A stretch of DNA of 62,922 nt, counting the filler, from Octopus bimaculoides (Eukaryota): the NCBI RefSeq assembly GCF_001194135.2. It is 5 parts of 5 records of this genome, joined end to end, with 100 filler letters (N's around TTAATTAATTAA, not from the genome) between each part and the next. Parts side by side here need not be neighbours in the genome. Positions count along the whole stretch, not along the records: positions 60,538 to 61,711 come from NW_026431598.1; positions 61,812 to 62,922 come from NC_068993.1; 3 more parts are not named here. One strand, given 5' to 3'. Position 1 is the stretch's first letter, and each line of letters starts with the position of its first letter. The notes under the pieces are model-generated. The model had not been told where the DNA came from. It saw nothing but the letters and a program-made list of their open reading frames with translations, and did not search any database. The translations under genes were made by a program, and so were the position numbers. Shown here piece after piece: positions 61,305-62,922 of this stretch.

Positions 61305-61641
61305 ATGAGTGTACAGAAAGCAGCTGGAACTAGGAGAGGTTTTGCTTTAAACCAAAGCAGTAGTAAAACTAGTACTAGCAAAAAAAACTGATGCCGGGGA
61401 TCAGTTGGAGACCCAGATTACTGCTAAATGAACTGAAAGGGACCAAACAAAACACACAAGCATTTACAACTTATGTGAGAAAGAAGTGGAGGATAAACAG
61501 AGATCAGTTGGCTGTGAGTTGTGCCATGCTTGGTACCACGCAAAATGTGTGGGTTTTGGCGAATCACTGTTCAAGGCAATCAGAGCAGAAGCAAACCAAA
61601 GGGAACAGGAATCTGGCCTCCATTGGTATTGTCCCAAATAA
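61305..61641 (+). pseudogene. PHD-finger ORF1 N-terminus of a CR1/L2-type LINE (frameshift, premature stops)
   Basis: IYNLCEKEVEDKQRSVGCELCHAWYHAKCVG...LHWYCPK* (61462-61641) is a C4HC3 PHD pattern with the first Cys changed to Tyr and the last Cys to a stop; ATG at 61305 is in frame if one A is removed from the A8 run. Confidence 0.7.
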
Positions 61642-61711
61642 GCTAGCCAGGAAGTGTGTGCGTGTGTGTGTGTGTTATCTTTCTTCGTTTTTGTATCTGG
61701 TTTGCATCTGG

Positions 61712-61811
61712 NNNNNNNNNNNNNNNNNNNNNNNNNNNNNNNNNNNNNNNNNNNNTTAATTAATTAANNNNNNNNNNNNNNNNNNNNNNNNNNNNNNNNN
61801 NNNNNNNNNNN
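61712..61811. other. Assembly spacer (44 N + TTAATTAATTAA + 44 N)
   Basis: Same structure as 22322. Confidence 0.9.
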
Positions 61812-61980
61812 TATATATATATATACATATATATAGACACATACATACATACATACATACATACATACATACATACAAGAATATCCTGTTGTTGATGTTG
61901 AAATTCCAATGAAAGAGCCCTGGCTCTTAGAAACCGGCTCTTTCTCTTTTGGCAAGAAATCTTGAAATAAGACTGAACAA

Positions 61981-62015
<35 letters not shown>

Positions 62016-62092
62016 GTAGGGAAGATAGAAAGGGAGAGATTTGTATATTTGCAGGGTTGCACGCATCTATTGAGCAGCAGAGTAAGCTCTCA

Positions 62093-62094
<2 letters not shown>

Positions 62095-62162
<68 letters not shown>

Positions 62163-62185
62163 GTATGTCTGTCTGTCTGTCTGTC
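62095..62185. repeat. (TCTA)n/(TCTG)n microsatellite
   Basis: Perfect tetranucleotide runs. Confidence 0.95.
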
Positions 62186-62439
62186 TGTTTCTACGACCAT
62201 TCACATCCGCCGGTACTGAAAAAGATCGATTCCATCAAACCATACTCCATATTTCTGTCGTTCGCGAAGGTCTGAAGATGAAGCGAACAGAACGTGGAAG
62301 CAGCAGGATGTGATGGTATTTATATAAAACTCAAAAACTCTGTCTTATCGAGGTAGCAAATATTGATCCAGTGTGTCTTACGCTCGCATACACAAACACA
62401 CATATATGTAAGTGTATATTCTTTATATAATAACATGCA

Positions 62440-62660
62440 AAAGTTTTGGACTTTTTCAGACAACGATAGCAAAACCATTGTACTACACTTTGACAATTTC
62501 TGGAGATACGATTTGTTGCACCAAAAGAACCGGCTATTGCAAGCAAAAATAGGTATTGAAAAAAACAAATAAACACAAAAAAAAACGCATTTGGCTAAAT
62601 TTGGAGATACGACATTTTAAAATAATAGCAACGATATATTGTGAGAATTAAGTAAGTAGT
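62440..62660 (-). mobile_element. Unclassified repeat, homologous to 1191-1470
   Basis: Reverse-complement alignment as described for 1191-1470. Confidence 0.65.
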
Positions 62661-62739
62661 GTACATAATAAATAGAAAAGGGTAACAAACATGGGATACC
62701 GCTAGTCAACCATTTTTTTCAAAATGTAACCACATGTGA

Positions 62740-62922
62740 ATCGTTGGCGATTTTCTTCTTCCGTCTTCCTTTCTATTGGACTTTTCTCTGTTTCTGAAGA
62801 AGAGCGTTTGCTCGAAATGTTAAACCACCTTTCCTTCCCTGAGCGTCTGCTAATATTTTACATCTACCACGTCCTCGCGTTGTTGTTTTTGTGTTTGTTG
62901 TTTTTCTTTTTTAGATTTACTA
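62740..62922 (+). mobile_element. ~180-bp hammerhead-containing repeat, copy 2
   Basis: Colinear with 18483-18665. Confidence 0.75.
62790..62825 (+). ncRNA. Minimal type-I hammerhead ribozyme motif
   Basis: GTTT-CTGAAGA-A-GAGC-GTTT-GCTC-GAAA-T-GTT-AAAC: perfect 4-bp stems I and II, intact core, U.G wobble in stem III (likely CpG decay), GUU triplet. Confidence 0.7.

Overview
AT-rich, microsatellite-dense eukaryotic DNA made up mostly of transposable elements. The SINE content resembles coleoid cephalopod (octopus) repeats, which is an inference with no database check. No host protein-coding gene could be identified with confidence, and most long ORFs in the track are microsatellite or N-gap artefacts. 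Four 100-bp spacers (44 N + TTAATTAATTAA + 44 N) show that the window joins at least five assembly pieces. Recognisable content: (1) a decayed Helitron Rep/helicase (24400-28776) with extra Helitron fragments and two tail-to-tail 3' ends; (2) at least seven R4/Dong-clade RLE non-LTR fragments, several sitting in (TAA)n tracts, including a three-element stack at 57.3-60.4 kb and two apparently identical young 3' ends; (3) RTE LINE relics; (4) a Penelope-like GIY-YIG remnant; (5) a mariner made of two inverted 5' ends, plus two MITEs; (6) a PHD-finger LINE ORF1 relic; (7) several tRNA-derived SINE families. The most interesting signal is a set of five minimal type-I hammerhead ribozyme motifs in four unrelated repeat contexts (18538, 20968, 23380, 43591, 62794). 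They include a two-copy ~180-bp family whose variation spares the hammerhead fold, and a tRNA-headed element with a hammerhead-like tail and an exact 17-bp target-site duplication. All motif and alignment calls were made by eye, and element boundaries are approximate.
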